A stretch of DNA of 64,000 nucleotides from Candidatus Poribacteria bacterium (lineage in GTDB: Bacteria; Poribacteria; WGA-4E; PCPOR2b), in contig OZ244587.1 of the NCBI GenBank assembly GCA_965218095.1, forward strand, positions 2,336,001 to 2,400,000. Direction: 5' to 3'. The notes beneath the pieces were generated by a model. That model ran no database searches, was not told the origin of the DNA, and saw only the letters and a list, made by a program, of their open reading frames with translations. A program made the translations under genes and the position numbers. Every line of letters starts with the position of its first letter. Position 1 is the first letter of the stretch. Shown in pieces: positions 32,042 to 42,543 of this stretch.

Positions 32042-33150
32042 GAGGGGTGTGCATAAATATAGTTGACATAATCAAGCCAAAAGGGTTTCCTATTGTTATC
32101 ATAGCAAAAGGAGCCCCAATATGGTACAAAGACCAATGTTGGCTGATTATGTCACTCTTATTATGCAACTCTTTGAGCAGTTTATGCAACACCGTATTGA
32201 CAAACCAGGTGTCACACACGCAAAACCATTGACATATTCAACCACCTCGTTTATCATTTTCTTCATGTTGATGCAGTTTCACGGCATCTATGGCTTCAAA
32301 ACGCAATGGCGGTGGCTAATCAATCACCCAGAAGTGTTACAAATGCTGGGGTGGCAACAGCCCCCTCATCGAACCACGATTGCACGTCGCTATAAGGCAT
32401 TATATGAAGTGATAGAGGCATTTGTATTGTTTATCGGTCAGTATGCCACTGACTTGTCCCAACAATTCAACTTGGCTCATCTGGTAGCCGACAAAAGTTT
32501 ATTTAAGGCACGAGGACCCGTCTGGCATCAAACTGACCGCAAAGCAGGAAAAGCACCTAAACATCTACGCAACCTCGACACCGATGCCACGTGGAGCAAG
32601 AGTGGTTATCATGGCTGGGTCTATGGCTACGGACTTCACATTATCTGCACACAAGGTGCGTTCCCAACACTGATAACTGTGCACCGTGCGTCGGTCTCCG
32701 AAAGTTGGGCGATAGATGCTAAAGCGTCTGAGATTCTGACACAACTTTCACCGCAGACACTCACTGCCGATGATGCCTATACCCAAGCAGACCGTATCCG
32801 TTGTTGGGCGAAGGCACAAGTCGCTTTGATTACCCCGGCACTTAGATGGACAAAGGGACGGTTTGCCAAGGCGTATCATCGATTTATCAACCAACCCAAG
32901 CAGCGTCTCTGTTTAAGCAAACGTCGCAGTTCGGTTGAACCGTTGTTTGACTTGATTGCTAAAGTGATAGGCACCACTCCTCAACAGAAGCAGTTACCGG
33001 TCAAGGGGTTTTTCAATGTACGCTGTTGTTTAGCTATCGGGGTGTTATCAGTGCAAGTGGCTATGATTGCCAATGCCATATGGAAGTTACCTGCTCGCAA
33101 TATCTCTCATATGGCGGCTGTTTTCCAATGAACTACTATGCACACCCCTC
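32042..33150 (+). mobile_element. Intact DDE insertion sequence (IS4/IS5/IS982-like; family not resolved)
   Basis: Perfect 14-bp TIR GAGGGGTGTGCATA; 8-bp TSD TATTAACT at 32034-32041 and 33151-33158. Confidence 0.92.
32121..33131 (+). CDS. DDE transposase
   Basis: PHRTTIARR, VADKS, GWVYGYGLH, TADDAY, RSSVEPLF. Confidence 0.88.
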   Translation: MVQRPMLADYVTLIMQLFEQFMQHRIDKPGVTHAKPLTYSTTSFIIFFMLMQFHGIYGFKTQWRWLINHPEVLQMLGWQQPPHRTTIARRYKALYEVIEAFVLFIGQYATDLSQQFNLAHLVADKSLFKARGPVWHQTDRKAGKAPKHLRNLDTDATWSKSGYHGWVYGYGLHIICTQGAFPTLITVHRASVSESWAIDAKASEILTQLSPQTLTADDAYTQADRIRCWAKAQVALITPALRWTKGRFAKAYHRFINQPKQRLCLSKRRSSVEPLFDLIAKVIGTTPQQKQLPVKGFFNVRCCLAIGVLSVQVAMIANAIWKLPARNISHMAAVFQ

Positions 33151-33280
33151 TATTAACTAATGGTGCGAATTTGAAACCAAAGATCCAGTCATAGCAACGA
33201 TTTATTCTTTGTGAGGTCGAATATGTAAATTCTACACCCCTTGTGAAAACGATATCCTCACCAACTAGCACCAAAGGTTA

Positions 33281-34931
33281 TTATATCATATTAGAAAGTA
33301 GTTTCAGCTCAAACAGTGGTCCACGTCGCAAGATATTTGACAATCGTTTTGAGGTGTCGCCGATCTTTGCGTCAGCGGTAGTCCCTGTTTCTCTAAAAGC
33401 AATATATCCTTTCTGAAAATCTAAGGTCTTTATCCGCAACTTAAATCTCTCTGACGAAAACTGACTCAGATCGAGCATGTATACTTCATATCGGCGTCCT
33501 GCTTTCTGCATGTCAGACAGGCTTGCACGAACCAAATGAATAAGCCGCCCATCCATAAGCTCCCTGATTATGCTATATTCATCAGGATGGTTTTCTCTGT
33601 CGCGAAAGTCGATCCGAAAAAAGGTGCAATTTTTTTCATCACAAAATGCCCGAATCCGTCGGAGACCTTCAATTCTATTTGGCGTATCTTCAATCGAGGC
33701 GGCGCCCTCTTCCAATTCCGCGATTTTGATTTTTGCGGCATCGCTGGCAGCCTGGCCCACATCTTGAACGCCAACACGTCGGGCATTTTCTCTCGCTCGT
33801 GCGTGATTTATTGCGCTGGTGCTTAAAGTGAGATAGTCGCGTGGTACTGCTCCAGACGCGAGAACGAGCCGATCAAGTGCTGTGGGGGATAGGTGACAGA
33901 GATGAAATTCCAACATGTTTGGCGTAACTCAGGAAGGCTTGCTCAAGGAAGATCTTCGCTTGCGAAAGGGGCTCCAATGTTACATCCAAATCAATGTAAT
34001 TGGCGTCATGCCCGGTTTGTAGACCGAGGGGAGGCTTTGCTTGAAACCAGCGTGTGAGATGTCTAATTCCCGCAACTTTGAGCCACGCATCAGAATCACG
34101 CACCGCACCGTGGACTAAATCCAGGAGCTTGGGTTGTTCTGCACTTGGTAAATAGTGCAGGTCATCGAGGAAAATATAAAACTTGGTTGCGTTGGTGTCT
34201 ACGAAACGACGTATGACATTTTGCATGTGAGGCACTAGCCGGGTAATTTCATCGCCGGATACTTCCTTTTCAGCAATAAGTTGCTCGGCGTTATTTAGCA
34301 ACCTTACGGCAGATGCTAATATTTGCGGGGCTCTGTCTTTTTCTGCATAGAAAACTTGAATTTGTTGACACACACTCCGGCAAATCCACACAAATATTCT
34401 CTTAGCGGATTCTCTACTGTGTGTGTGAATGTTGATCCAAGAAGATAGGTAACCTTCACGCTCAACACGTTGTTTTGCTTCAACCATTAGAGCTGTTTTC
34501 CCTGTACCTCATCTACCAAAAATAAGATGATGCCGAGGTGTGATAGCCGTCAATATGTTCTGGGCTGTATCAGGAACATAAGCTAAGCTCGGTTGCGCTT
34601 CCGATGTTCGCGCTCGGGCAATTAGAAGGTTAGCCAGTTCTGTGGCTTTCGGATTCTGGACCCCATCCTTGAGAGGGGTTATCACGTCTTTTACTTCTCG
34701 TTCAGCCTTACGCACCACCACGAAACCATCGAATCCTTGTTCGGCAAGTTCGCGATCAATAGAATTACCAACTATCGCTGCCCTGTCGAAATCATCTTCG
34801 GTGGTGCATACAACAAAAATACTTTCCCCTGGATAGTCCCGCCTTTCGATTGACTGTATCTCAATTCCGACCTTAGAAAATCGGTTTTGAATAGAAGTTT
34901 CTGTATCTAGCGGGAATTGTAATTGTGTCAT
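33281..34931 (-). pseudogene. P-loop ATPase (AAA+/STAND/ORC-Cdc6-like) with N-terminal extra domain, about 550 aa reconstructed
   Basis: Walker A IFGR*GTGKT (TGA at 34509-34511), Walker B YIFLDD, ASGAVPRDYL; frameshift at about 33885. Confidence 0.8.
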
Positions 34932-35452
34932 AGTATGCCCCCCTTGTTCTGTAGGTAAGTACGAGTTGTGGACAGGAATAAATCTGCGTCCTTCTTGAGA
35001 TCAAGAGCATCTTGCTTCCACGCTATGTTCGACTTTGGATATGGTTCATAGTCGGCACAATTTCTAAGCACACGAGCGTTTCTTAACATATTTTGCCAAT
35101 TCGACCCAGGAGGAAAATCGCCTGGTATGTGCAATGGGAGTTCCCTGTGCTCCTGATGATCATCGCCTTCATGAGATACAAAAACACACGCTCGCATTGC
35201 GTGATACATCGAGTAATAGTATCGACTTACAGCACTTCGATAGAGGGGAGGTTTAGATTTTAGCAACTTATTTGCGTTATGTCAATGTTCATACGCAAAG
35301 TGCCATCGATCAGCAGCAGCTCTGCTTATCAACTCAGGTATCGTTAGTCCAGAGTCATTCTGGAGAGATACCCCTTCTTTCCAGTCTTTAATCTGCTTAT
35401 TAGTAGCCGTAGCTAGACGATTCAGTCGATCATTGGGAAGAACTTGTGGCAT
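34928..35452 (-). pseudogene. HEPN-domain protein with one in-frame TGA
   Basis: SAVSRYYYSMYHAMRA..H..RNCADY. The frame runs from ATG 35452 with TGA at 35282-35284; its stop overlaps the ATPase start (ATGA). Confidence 0.8.
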
Positions 35453-35475
35453 GGCTGCACTTAATCAGTTAAAGA

Positions 35476-35530
35476 ACGACTTGTGCCAGTTGCGCCGGAT
35501 TTGTATGTTTAAGGCACTAGCACAAGCCGC
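35476..35530. repeat. 55-bp mini-element with imperfect 15-bp inverted ends
   Basis: ACGACTTGTGCCAGT ... ACTAGCACAAGCCGC; same motif as the flanks of the IS at 9254-10043. Confidence 0.55.
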
Positions 35531-35590
35531 TAGGTAAGCAAAATGGAGATCTATGTCTCGGCATCGTCGAAACGTCTTTCGTATCACATA

Positions 35591-36754
35591 TTACGCCGCA
35601 CGCTCCACAACCGCTCCCGTCATCTGCAGCCGACGCCCATAGAGCTCACAAGCGTTTTCAACGAAAACGCGCCGCTTGAGTCGGGGCGCGATTCCGGGCA
35701 ACACGGTCGTCGGGTTATCCCAATCCCAGTGCGGATAATCGCTTGCGTAAACGAGGATTTCGTCGGCGTGGAGCCATTCAAGAAATTTGTCTCGATCGGC
35801 GCGGGTTGGCGGCTGCTCCATCGGCTGGCAACCAAAACGAATGTGCTGGCGAATGTACTCGCTCGGCAGCCGCTTAACCCAGGGGGTGTAATCGCGCACC
35901 GATTTCCAATCGGCATCCATGTGCCACATCAACCCTGGCACCCAGAATGTATCGTGCTCAATAAAGAGGTATCTCAGTTTCGGAAACTTCTCAAAAACAC
36001 CTTCGCAGATCAAACTGACAGTGTGCGCCATCGCAATCTGCGGCCGCGCCATACGCATCTCAAGGTAATACGACGGGTATCCGGCAGCAGTGGGAGCATT
36101 GGCGACACCGGCGCCTTCCACACCAAAATGCACACACACCGGTAGGTAGTGTTCTTGCGCCGCTTCGTAGATCGGGTGATAGAACCGGTTGCCGAAGGGC
36201 ATCCGCGCGCCGGCAGGCATGATCACCTGAAAGACCGACGGATGTTCTCCAAGTCGATGAATTTCCGCCGCCGCCTGCTGTGGGTCTGTCGGCGCGATGG
36301 CGATTGATGCCCTGAAACGTGGATCCGCTTTAACCCAGGTTTCAAGCGTCCAGTCGTTGAAAGCCCGGCACATTGCCGCGGCGTAATCTGAATTGGGATG
36401 GACAGCAGCTCCGTAAACGGTAGCACCTGTCAGAACGGCGATGTCAATCTGATGGGCGTCAAGGTGCTTCTCTCGGGCGAGGTCAATGTTGCCACCTGGA
36501 TGCTCCTCCTGATCTTCCCACAATTCGGCACGAACTCCTCCTCGTGGCATGTTCGTGTATCCAACTCCTGGCATCATCGTCCCAAAGTCTTTGATGTGCT
36601 CCACATAATGCCGAGGCAGATAGGGGAACAGATCCTCCTGCTTCGACGTCGAATGATGCGTGTCGCAGTCAATGAGGTTGATAGTTTTTGTGTCGCTGGC
36701 GCGTTGTTTTTGTGGTGTTTCTCGCGTAGATTGATTGGTATCGAGTGTTTCCAT
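35591..36754 (-). CDS. Amidohydrolase_2 family protein
   Basis: IDCDTHH, AFNDW, CVHFG, GVFEKFPKL, ASDYPHWD. Confidence 0.9.
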   Translation of the reverse strand: METLDTNQSTRETPQKQRASDTKTINLIDCDTHHSTSKQEDLFPYLPRHYVEHIKDFGTMMPGVGYTNMPRGGVRAELWEDQEEHPGGNIDLAREKHLDAHQIDIAVLTGATVYGAAVHPNSDYAAAMCRAFNDWTLETWVKADPRFRASIAIAPTDPQQAAAEIHRLGEHPSVFQVIMPAGARMPFGNRFYHPIYEAAQEHYLPVCVHFGVEGAGVANAPTAAGYPSYYLEMRMARPQIAMAHTVSLICEGVFEKFPKLRYLFIEHDTFWVPGLMWHMDADWKSVRDYTPWVKRLPSEYIRQHIRFGCQPMEQPPTRADRDKFLEWLHADEILVYASDYPHWDWDNPTTVLPGIAPRLKRRVFVENACELYGRRLQMTGAVVERAA

Positions 36755-36865
36755 AGAAATCTCCTTGTGAGTCGAAAATTCGGTAATGATTTGATGTTTC
36801 CGCTCCCCTTTCATTCAAGATTGGATTGACGGGTACAGATGGTTGTAAAGGGATTGCCTCCTCCG

Positions 36866-37455
36866 CCAACAGTGAGCGTTCAAAGGCTGCAATTGCATCC
36901 TTGATATTGTTGATTTGGATACCATCAGGATACAGATCGCCAAAAGCCGAGACATAGTCATAGTCGGAGGATCTCTTGAGCTTGCTGATAACATCTTCCC
37001 AAGCAGAACCCATTTCGTCGGGCGCATTGAGGGGGCCGTCGATCTGATCTTCCAGTGTATCCGCGCGCCCCTCCCAAAATTGCTTAAAATTGAAACCGCT
37101 GTTAAAGACCGTCGGTGCATTGACAGAACCAACAGCACCGTTGATTCTGATTGAACGAACCAGGCGATCTACACCCCCTGTCTGCAAGTTATGGCAACTG
37201 GCACATGAGATGCTGTTGTCGCGTGACAGTTGGGGGTCATGAAAGAGTTTGTCACCAAGCTCAACCTTCTTTGGATTGAGTTGAATCTGAAGCGGAATCG
37301 GTCGAATCGGTTCTTCCAGCGCACTGACCGTTATCGGTTCATCCGGGACCGAATCGGATTTCTTTTGAATCTGAGAACGCTACCATAGCACAATCACCAG
37401 AAGGCAAGTCAGGGCAACGGCGATTAAAAGGTGAGGTTATATGAAACCGTTTCAT
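36866..37455 (-). pseudogene. Di-heme cytochrome c peroxidase (MauG/CCP) N-terminal half, disrupted and truncated
   Basis: LGDKLFHDPQLS..SCASCH (37191-37206), NAPTVFNS, QFWEGRA, AAFERSL; second heme domain absent. Confidence 0.85.
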
Positions 37456-37551
37456 ATTGCCCCCTCCCCTCCCTATAACTTCCTGCTTCGGTTTCCACAT
37501 GCGTGGAATTTATCTTATCATACATTCGAGCAGATGTCTACAAAAATTCGG

Positions 37552-37579
37552 TTGACACGGCGAGTCAAAAGTGTATAAT
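37552..37579 (+). promoter_or_regulatory. Consensus sigma70 promoter
   Basis: TTGACA-N16-TATAAT upstream of the aldo/keto reductase gene. Confidence 0.7.
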
Positions 37580-37632
37580 GGAAAGGTGTGATACGAAGCT
37601 ATGTTGAAAACAGAAGCATCTAGGAGTCGTCC

Positions 37633-38460
37633 ATGGAAAAAGCTGCCCGGATAACAACTATGCTGAATCAACCGGTACAGCCGCTTGGCCTGGCTGGCAA
37701 TCCAAATATGGAGGAAGGTTGTGTCCCCGTAGCTTATGATGTCGGTGTCAATTATTTCTTTTTCTATAATCAATCGTATGCAGTGCTCATTGCCGAACTG
37801 AGACCTCTATTGAAAGCCAATCGGGAGAAAATCGTCGTGGCGACGGGGAGCGAATCCCGCGATCCCAAAGCAATGCGCGCCTATCTTGATCGGGTCCGTC
37901 GCCAATTAGATGTAGACGTAGTTGACGTCTTCTACGCGGAGTATGTCGCCCTTGGAGATGACACGGAGACGATGTTGGGGACAGGTGGCGTGTTTGACGA
38001 ACTCCACAAGTGGAAGGCACAAGGACTGATCCGCTATGTTGGCGCGACGACGCACAACCGACCGATGGCGGTAGAGCTGATCGAAAGCGGGCGTGTAGAG
38101 TTATTGATGCACCGCTACAACATGGCACATCGAAGGTCAGAGGAGCAGGTGCTACCTGTTGCGCTCAAGGCTCGGATTCCGGTGGTCGCGTTTACGTGCA
38201 CACGATGGGGTTCACTGTTGGCGGGCCATCGAGACTGGGAGGGACCGGTACCAAGCGCCGCGGATTGCTATCGTTATGTTCTGCACCACCCCGCTATCCA
38301 CCTCGCCTTGACCGCTCCAACGACGGTGACCCAACTGGAGGAGAACCTGATTGCCTTGAAGGGTGCCGAACAAGATTCCGTATGCTTCCCGCTTTGGGAA
38401 GCATACGGAAAACTGGTGTATGGAGACGGAACTGATGCCTTTGAAACTCAGTGGCCATAG
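37633..38460 (+). CDS. Aldo/keto reductase family protein
   Basis: GVNYFF, GLIRYVGATTH, RYNMAHR, QLEENL. Confidence 0.85.
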   Translation: MEKAARITTMLNQPVQPLGLAGNPNMEEGCVPVAYDVGVNYFFFYNQSYAVLIAELRPLLKANREKIVVATGSESRDPKAMRAYLDRVRRQLDVDVVDVFYAEYVALGDDTETMLGTGGVFDELHKWKAQGLIRYVGATTHNRPMAVELIESGRVELLMHRYNMAHRRSEEQVLPVALKARIPVVAFTCTRWGSLLAGHRDWEGPVPSAADCYRYVLHHPAIHLALTAPTTVTQLEENLIALKGAEQDSVCFPLWEAYGKLVYGDGTDAFETQWP

Positions 38461-38611
38461 AAATTTGCAATCAAGTCTCCCCGATTCCATCAGGATTCAA
38501 AGCAACCCCGATCTGTTGGGACAATCAAGCAAATGAGCAAATACCCGGATGTGAGCAAAGAAATTTGTACGACTTCTGGACAAAATAACCGGTAAATAAG
38601 GAGGATGAGCG

Positions 38612-39355
38612 TTGACAGACGAACAGAAATATCTATTTGACCTGCAAGGCTACATTGTCCTAGAGAATGTGGTACCCCAATCTGTGGTAGAGGCGTGTAA
38701 CAAGGCATTGGATCCCTTTGAAAACATCCCGCCAGAAGATTACCCACCGCCGCTTTGTCTAGGCACACCCAAGACAGAAAAGGAACTCTACATCTCCAAT
38801 GTCCTCGAAGCGGATGCGGTTTTTAGGCCGTTGATTGACATCCCTGAAGTGTTAGACGTGGTTGAAGGCGTCACCGGTGGGCCATATCGGCTCAACCACA
38901 CCTACACAATCTACCGGTGGGGCGGCGGCTATACGGGGCTACACATGCACGGCACCCCAATCATCCCCAAATGCCAATATCACTGCCGCAATGGGCAGAT
39001 GGTTTCAACATTGACCAAAGCGGTGTTCCCGATGCTGGATTGCGATGTCGAGGATGGCTGCTTCGCTGTGATTCCCGGCGCGCACAAAAGCAACTTTCTC
39101 AGACCGTGGGGCACCCACCCCCACGAAAATCCGGTCCTGACACCAATCCCTGCAAAGGCGGGTGACGCCATCATTTTCACCGAAGCCTTAACGCATGGTT
39201 CGATGGTGAACACGTCCGATCGTCCACGCCGGACGCTTTACTATTGCTACAGCATTGGTTACATGCCCGATTGGGGCGGCCAGGGACTGGTCTTTAGCGA
39301 CCGTGTTATGGATAATCTCAACGAAAGGCAGCGGGAGATCATTCGGCTGAAGTAG
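38612..39355 (+). CDS. PhyH family Fe(II)/2OG dioxygenase
   Basis: YLFDLQGY, LHMHG, IPGAHKSNF, AGDAIIFTEALTHG. Confidence 0.88.
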   Translation: MTDEQKYLFDLQGYIVLENVVPQSVVEACNKALDPFENIPPEDYPPPLCLGTPKTEKELYISNVLEADAVFRPLIDIPEVLDVVEGVTGGPYRLNHTYTIYRWGGGYTGLHMHGTPIIPKCQYHCRNGQMVSTLTKAVFPMLDCDVEDGCFAVIPGAHKSNFLRPWGTHPHENPVLTPIPAKAGDAIIFTEALTHGSMVNTSDRPRRTLYYCYSIGYMPDWGGQGLVFSDRVMDNLNERQREIIRLK

Positions 39356-39591
39356 GGAATCGGTCAATCTACACAATACACATTATGTTTTGCGCATTAC
39401 ATTTTGTGTTTGAGATCGTGGTCAAAGTGCCGGAGATTTAACGGCCACCGTGGGAGAGTGAAGCTCTCCGTGCTCGTCCGATTGCTTTGAATTTTTGATG
39501 CTCCATCGGGATCCGATCGGACTACGCGAGAGTCCTAGCCCCGTGCTCGTCCAAGAATCGGACCGAACTCAGAGACAAGAAAGGACAGAAG

Positions 39592-40000
39592 ATGAAAAAC
39601 CCAATGCAGCCAATCGATCTGCGCGAGAGCGTGCAGCTTGGCATCGAGTACATCCGCAGCAGCGTGGACCGAGAGCGAGACTGCCATCCGTACTTCCGTT
39701 TCAACTTGGTTTCTCCTCCCATCTGGTCTCAGCACGAAGCCGCTGACACGCCTCACGGGGTACATTTTGCTTCGGCGAGCCCAACGGTTTTCATTCCTAT
39801 GATTCCGATCTGACCGGCGCAGCACTACAGGGCATCGCAGCCGCCTTGGCGACACATTATCACCAGCGAGGCAGATGGAAGCGTCCGCATCAATCTTCTG
39901 CTGTCCCGAGAACATGATGCTGTTCGATTTACGAACTTACTGCCGGAGGAGGGACGCGTAACGGTCGAATCCAAATGCCCTATTTCTTTTTCATCGATTC
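39592..40000 (+). pseudogene. Internally deleted remnant of a larger unknown gene
   Basis: Protein-like N-terminus with RBS, then a disjoint segment SVRINLLLSREHD..LLPEEGRV in another frame. Confidence 0.4.
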
Positions 40001-40209
40001 AGTTGTGGGCATGGATAAAACGTCCATAAGATTCGCCTCCACTTCCAACGGCTATGTTTCTAAGGATTGATTGACATTGTATCATCGCATAGGCGGTTTG
40101 TCAATGATGACAACATGAAATCTAATTTTTGTATTGGTATAATTCTAACTAAGATGTATGGTGTTACGTGCAGGTCGGTATTCATTCCAATACAAAGAGG
40201 TAATCTTGC

Positions 40210-41775
40210 ATGAAAAAAATCCAACGCGCTTTAATCAGCGTTTACGACAAGACAGGCTTTGTAAATTTGGCAAAAACCTTAACTCAACAAGGCGTGGAAA
40301 TTCTTTCCACGGGCGGAACCGCGACGCAACTCCGTGAATCGGGGATTGAAATCCGTGAGGTCTCTGACTACACCGGTTTCCCGGAAATGCTTGATGGGCG
40401 GGTGAAAACCCTCCATCCGAAGATTCACGGCGGTTTGTTAGCGATTCGGGATCATCCTGAACATGTTGCCCAAACATCGGCGCATGGTATTGACTTTATC
40501 GATCTCGTCGTCTGCAACCTCTATCCGTTTGAAGCGACAATTGCGAAAGCAGGGGTTGCGCTCGCCGAGGTGATCGAGAACATCGACATCGGCGGGCCGA
40601 CGATGATTCGAGCGGCAGCGAAAAACTATCGTGATGTCGCTGTCTTCACCGATTCGCGACAGTATCCCGAAATCATCGCGGAGCTTGAAGCCAATGATGG
40701 CTGCCTTTCGGAGGAAACCCGGTTTCGATTGGCGAAAGTGGCGTTTGCACATACCGCCCACTACGACGCGGCAATTTCACGTTACCTCGCCAACCTGGAT
40801 GCTCCCGACACCGAATTCCCTGAGACGCTCGACCTTTGCTACGAAAGAGCCCAAGGACTCCGATACGGCGAGAATCCCCATCAACGCGCCGCTTTCTATC
40901 GTACCCACGGGTCGCCGGAGCCGTGTGCGGCGTGGGCGAATCAACTGAGCGGCCAATCGCTTTCGTTCAATAACATCCTTGATCTGGAAGCAGCAATTGA
41001 AATCGTCAAGGACTTCGCCGAGCCAGCCTGTGCAATTATCAAGCATAATAACCCGTGCGGTCTAGCGACTGCTGCGGATCTGGAGGCTGCGTTCAACGAC
41101 GCCCTCGATTGCGATCGCACTTCCGCCTTTGGCTCCGTCATCGGCTTGAACCGGCAAGTCACCTTGAAAGTTGCAAACACGATTCGTGAGGCGGCAAACG
41201 CAGGAATCAAAGTCGATGCAATCATTGCCCCAAGCTACACCCCGAAAGCGTTGCGGGCCCTCTCCCGCGTGAAGCGCCGACCGATTCTCGAAACGGATGA
41301 ACTTCGGCAGGATACTTCGATTAAGCAGATCCGGAATGTGATTGGCGGCATCCTCGTCCAGGACCGCGACCTCCATGAGATTACGCCTGATGACCTGAAG
41401 GTTGTCACGAAGCGTCAGCCGACAGCAGATGAGATCCAATCGCTGCTGTTTGCGTGGAAGGCGTGCAAGCACGTTAAATCGAACTGTATTCTGCTTGCCC
41501 AAGGTTCGAAAACTCTCGGAATCGGCGCAGGACAGATGAGCCGTGTCGATGCGTGCATCATTGCGGCTCGGAAGGCGGGTGACAGAGCGAAAGGGGCCGT
41601 GCTTGCGTCAGATGCCTATTTCCCGTTCCCGGATGGGGTCAAGATTGCTGGGAAGGCAGGCGTGCGGGCAATCATCCAACCCGGCGGCTCCGTGAACGAT
41701 CAACCGGTGATTGAGGCTGCCAATCAGTTTGGCATCGCGATGGTTTTCACCGGCGTTCGGCATTTTCGGCACTAA
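40210..41775 (+). CDS. purH: Bifunctional AICAR transformylase/IMP cyclohydrolase
   Basis: RALISVYDK, GRVKTLHP, IDIGGP, LRYGENPHQ, KHNNPCG, GVRHFRH. Confidence 0.98.
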   Translation: MKKIQRALISVYDKTGFVNLAKTLTQQGVEILSTGGTATQLRESGIEIREVSDYTGFPEMLDGRVKTLHPKIHGGLLAIRDHPEHVAQTSAHGIDFIDLVVCNLYPFEATIAKAGVALAEVIENIDIGGPTMIRAAAKNYRDVAVFTDSRQYPEIIAELEANDGCLSEETRFRLAKVAFAHTAHYDAAISRYLANLDAPDTEFPETLDLCYERAQGLRYGENPHQRAAFYRTHGSPEPCAAWANQLSGQSLSFNNILDLEAAIEIVKDFAEPACAIIKHNNPCGLATAADLEAAFNDALDCDRTSAFGSVIGLNRQVTLKVANTIREAANAGIKVDAIIAPSYTPKALRALSRVKRRPILETDELRQDTSIKQIRNVIGGILVQDRDLHEITPDDLKVVTKRQPTADEIQSLLFAWKACKHVKSNCILLAQGSKTLGIGAGQMSRVDACIIAARKAGDRAKGAVLASDAYFPFPDGVKIAGKAGVRAIIQPGGSVNDQPVIEAANQFGIAMVFTGVRHFRH

Positions 41776-41925
41776 TTGGTTCATGTCGTAAGTTCGTGCA
41801 GGGTCTTGGTCCTGGTAAATGCCCGAGTATTTATCTTCAAAGCGCTACCACGGATGCCGGAAGTGATATGACGGGCCAGAATCGCTGGTCGATGGCGGGT
41901 GAAACGCATGGTTACAGTAGAGCCC

Positions 41926-42459
41926 TTAGTAATTCTGATAACCAACCTCCGCCAACCGTCCTGCCTTCTGCGCTACGTCTTCACTGAGCCTGACTTTGTA
42001 GGCTTCCAACTTCGTGTTGAGTTCAGGGAACTTGAGCGCGAGGAATTGCACGGCGAAGATGCCTGCGTTGCGTGCTCCACTGGATCCGATCGCCATAGTT
42101 GCTACAGGGATGCCGGGCGGCATCTGTACTGTGGCGTAGAGCGCATCCACGCCGTTGAGGGCCCCCCCATCAATCGGGACACCGATCACGGGGAGTATCG
42201 TGTGTGCAGCAATGACGCCAGCGAGGTGCGCTGCCCGTCCTGCGCCAGCGATGATTACATGGATACCCCGATCTTGCGCACTTTGCGCATAACCCATCGT
42301 TCGTTCCGGCGATCTGTGTGCTGAGGCAATCGTAATTTCAAAAGGAATTGCAAACTCTTCCAGGATTTTGGCGGATTCGCTCATCTTTTCCAGATCTGAA
42401 TCACTTCCCATTACAATGCTGACTAAAGGTGTTTCTGGAGATAGGTCTTTAAGTATCAT
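41926..42459 (-). CDS. purE: N5-CAIR mutase
   Basis: MGSDSD, SAHRSPER, AGRAAHLAG, VQMPPGIPVAT. Confidence 0.97.
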   Translation of the reverse strand: MILKDLSPETPLVSIVMGSDSDLEKMSESAKILEEFAIPFEITIASAHRSPERTMGYAQSAQDRGIHVIIAGAGRAAHLAGVIAAHTILPVIGVPIDGGALNGVDALYATVQMPPGIPVATMAIGSSGARNAGIFAVQFLALKFPELNTKLEAYKVRLSEDVAQKAGRLAEVGYQNY

Positions 42460-42543
42460 TTGTTCCTAGTCCTTCATAAGAATTGCGATACGCATTCGTG
42501 AGACATAATGCGTAAAATGTAATGCGTAAGATTTGTTGATTTT

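Noticed and set aside
40000-40209. ZMP/ZTP riboswitch upstream of purH
   Set aside because: No conserved pfl-motif sequence seen; only a TTTGTATTGG/CCAATACAAA inverted repeat.
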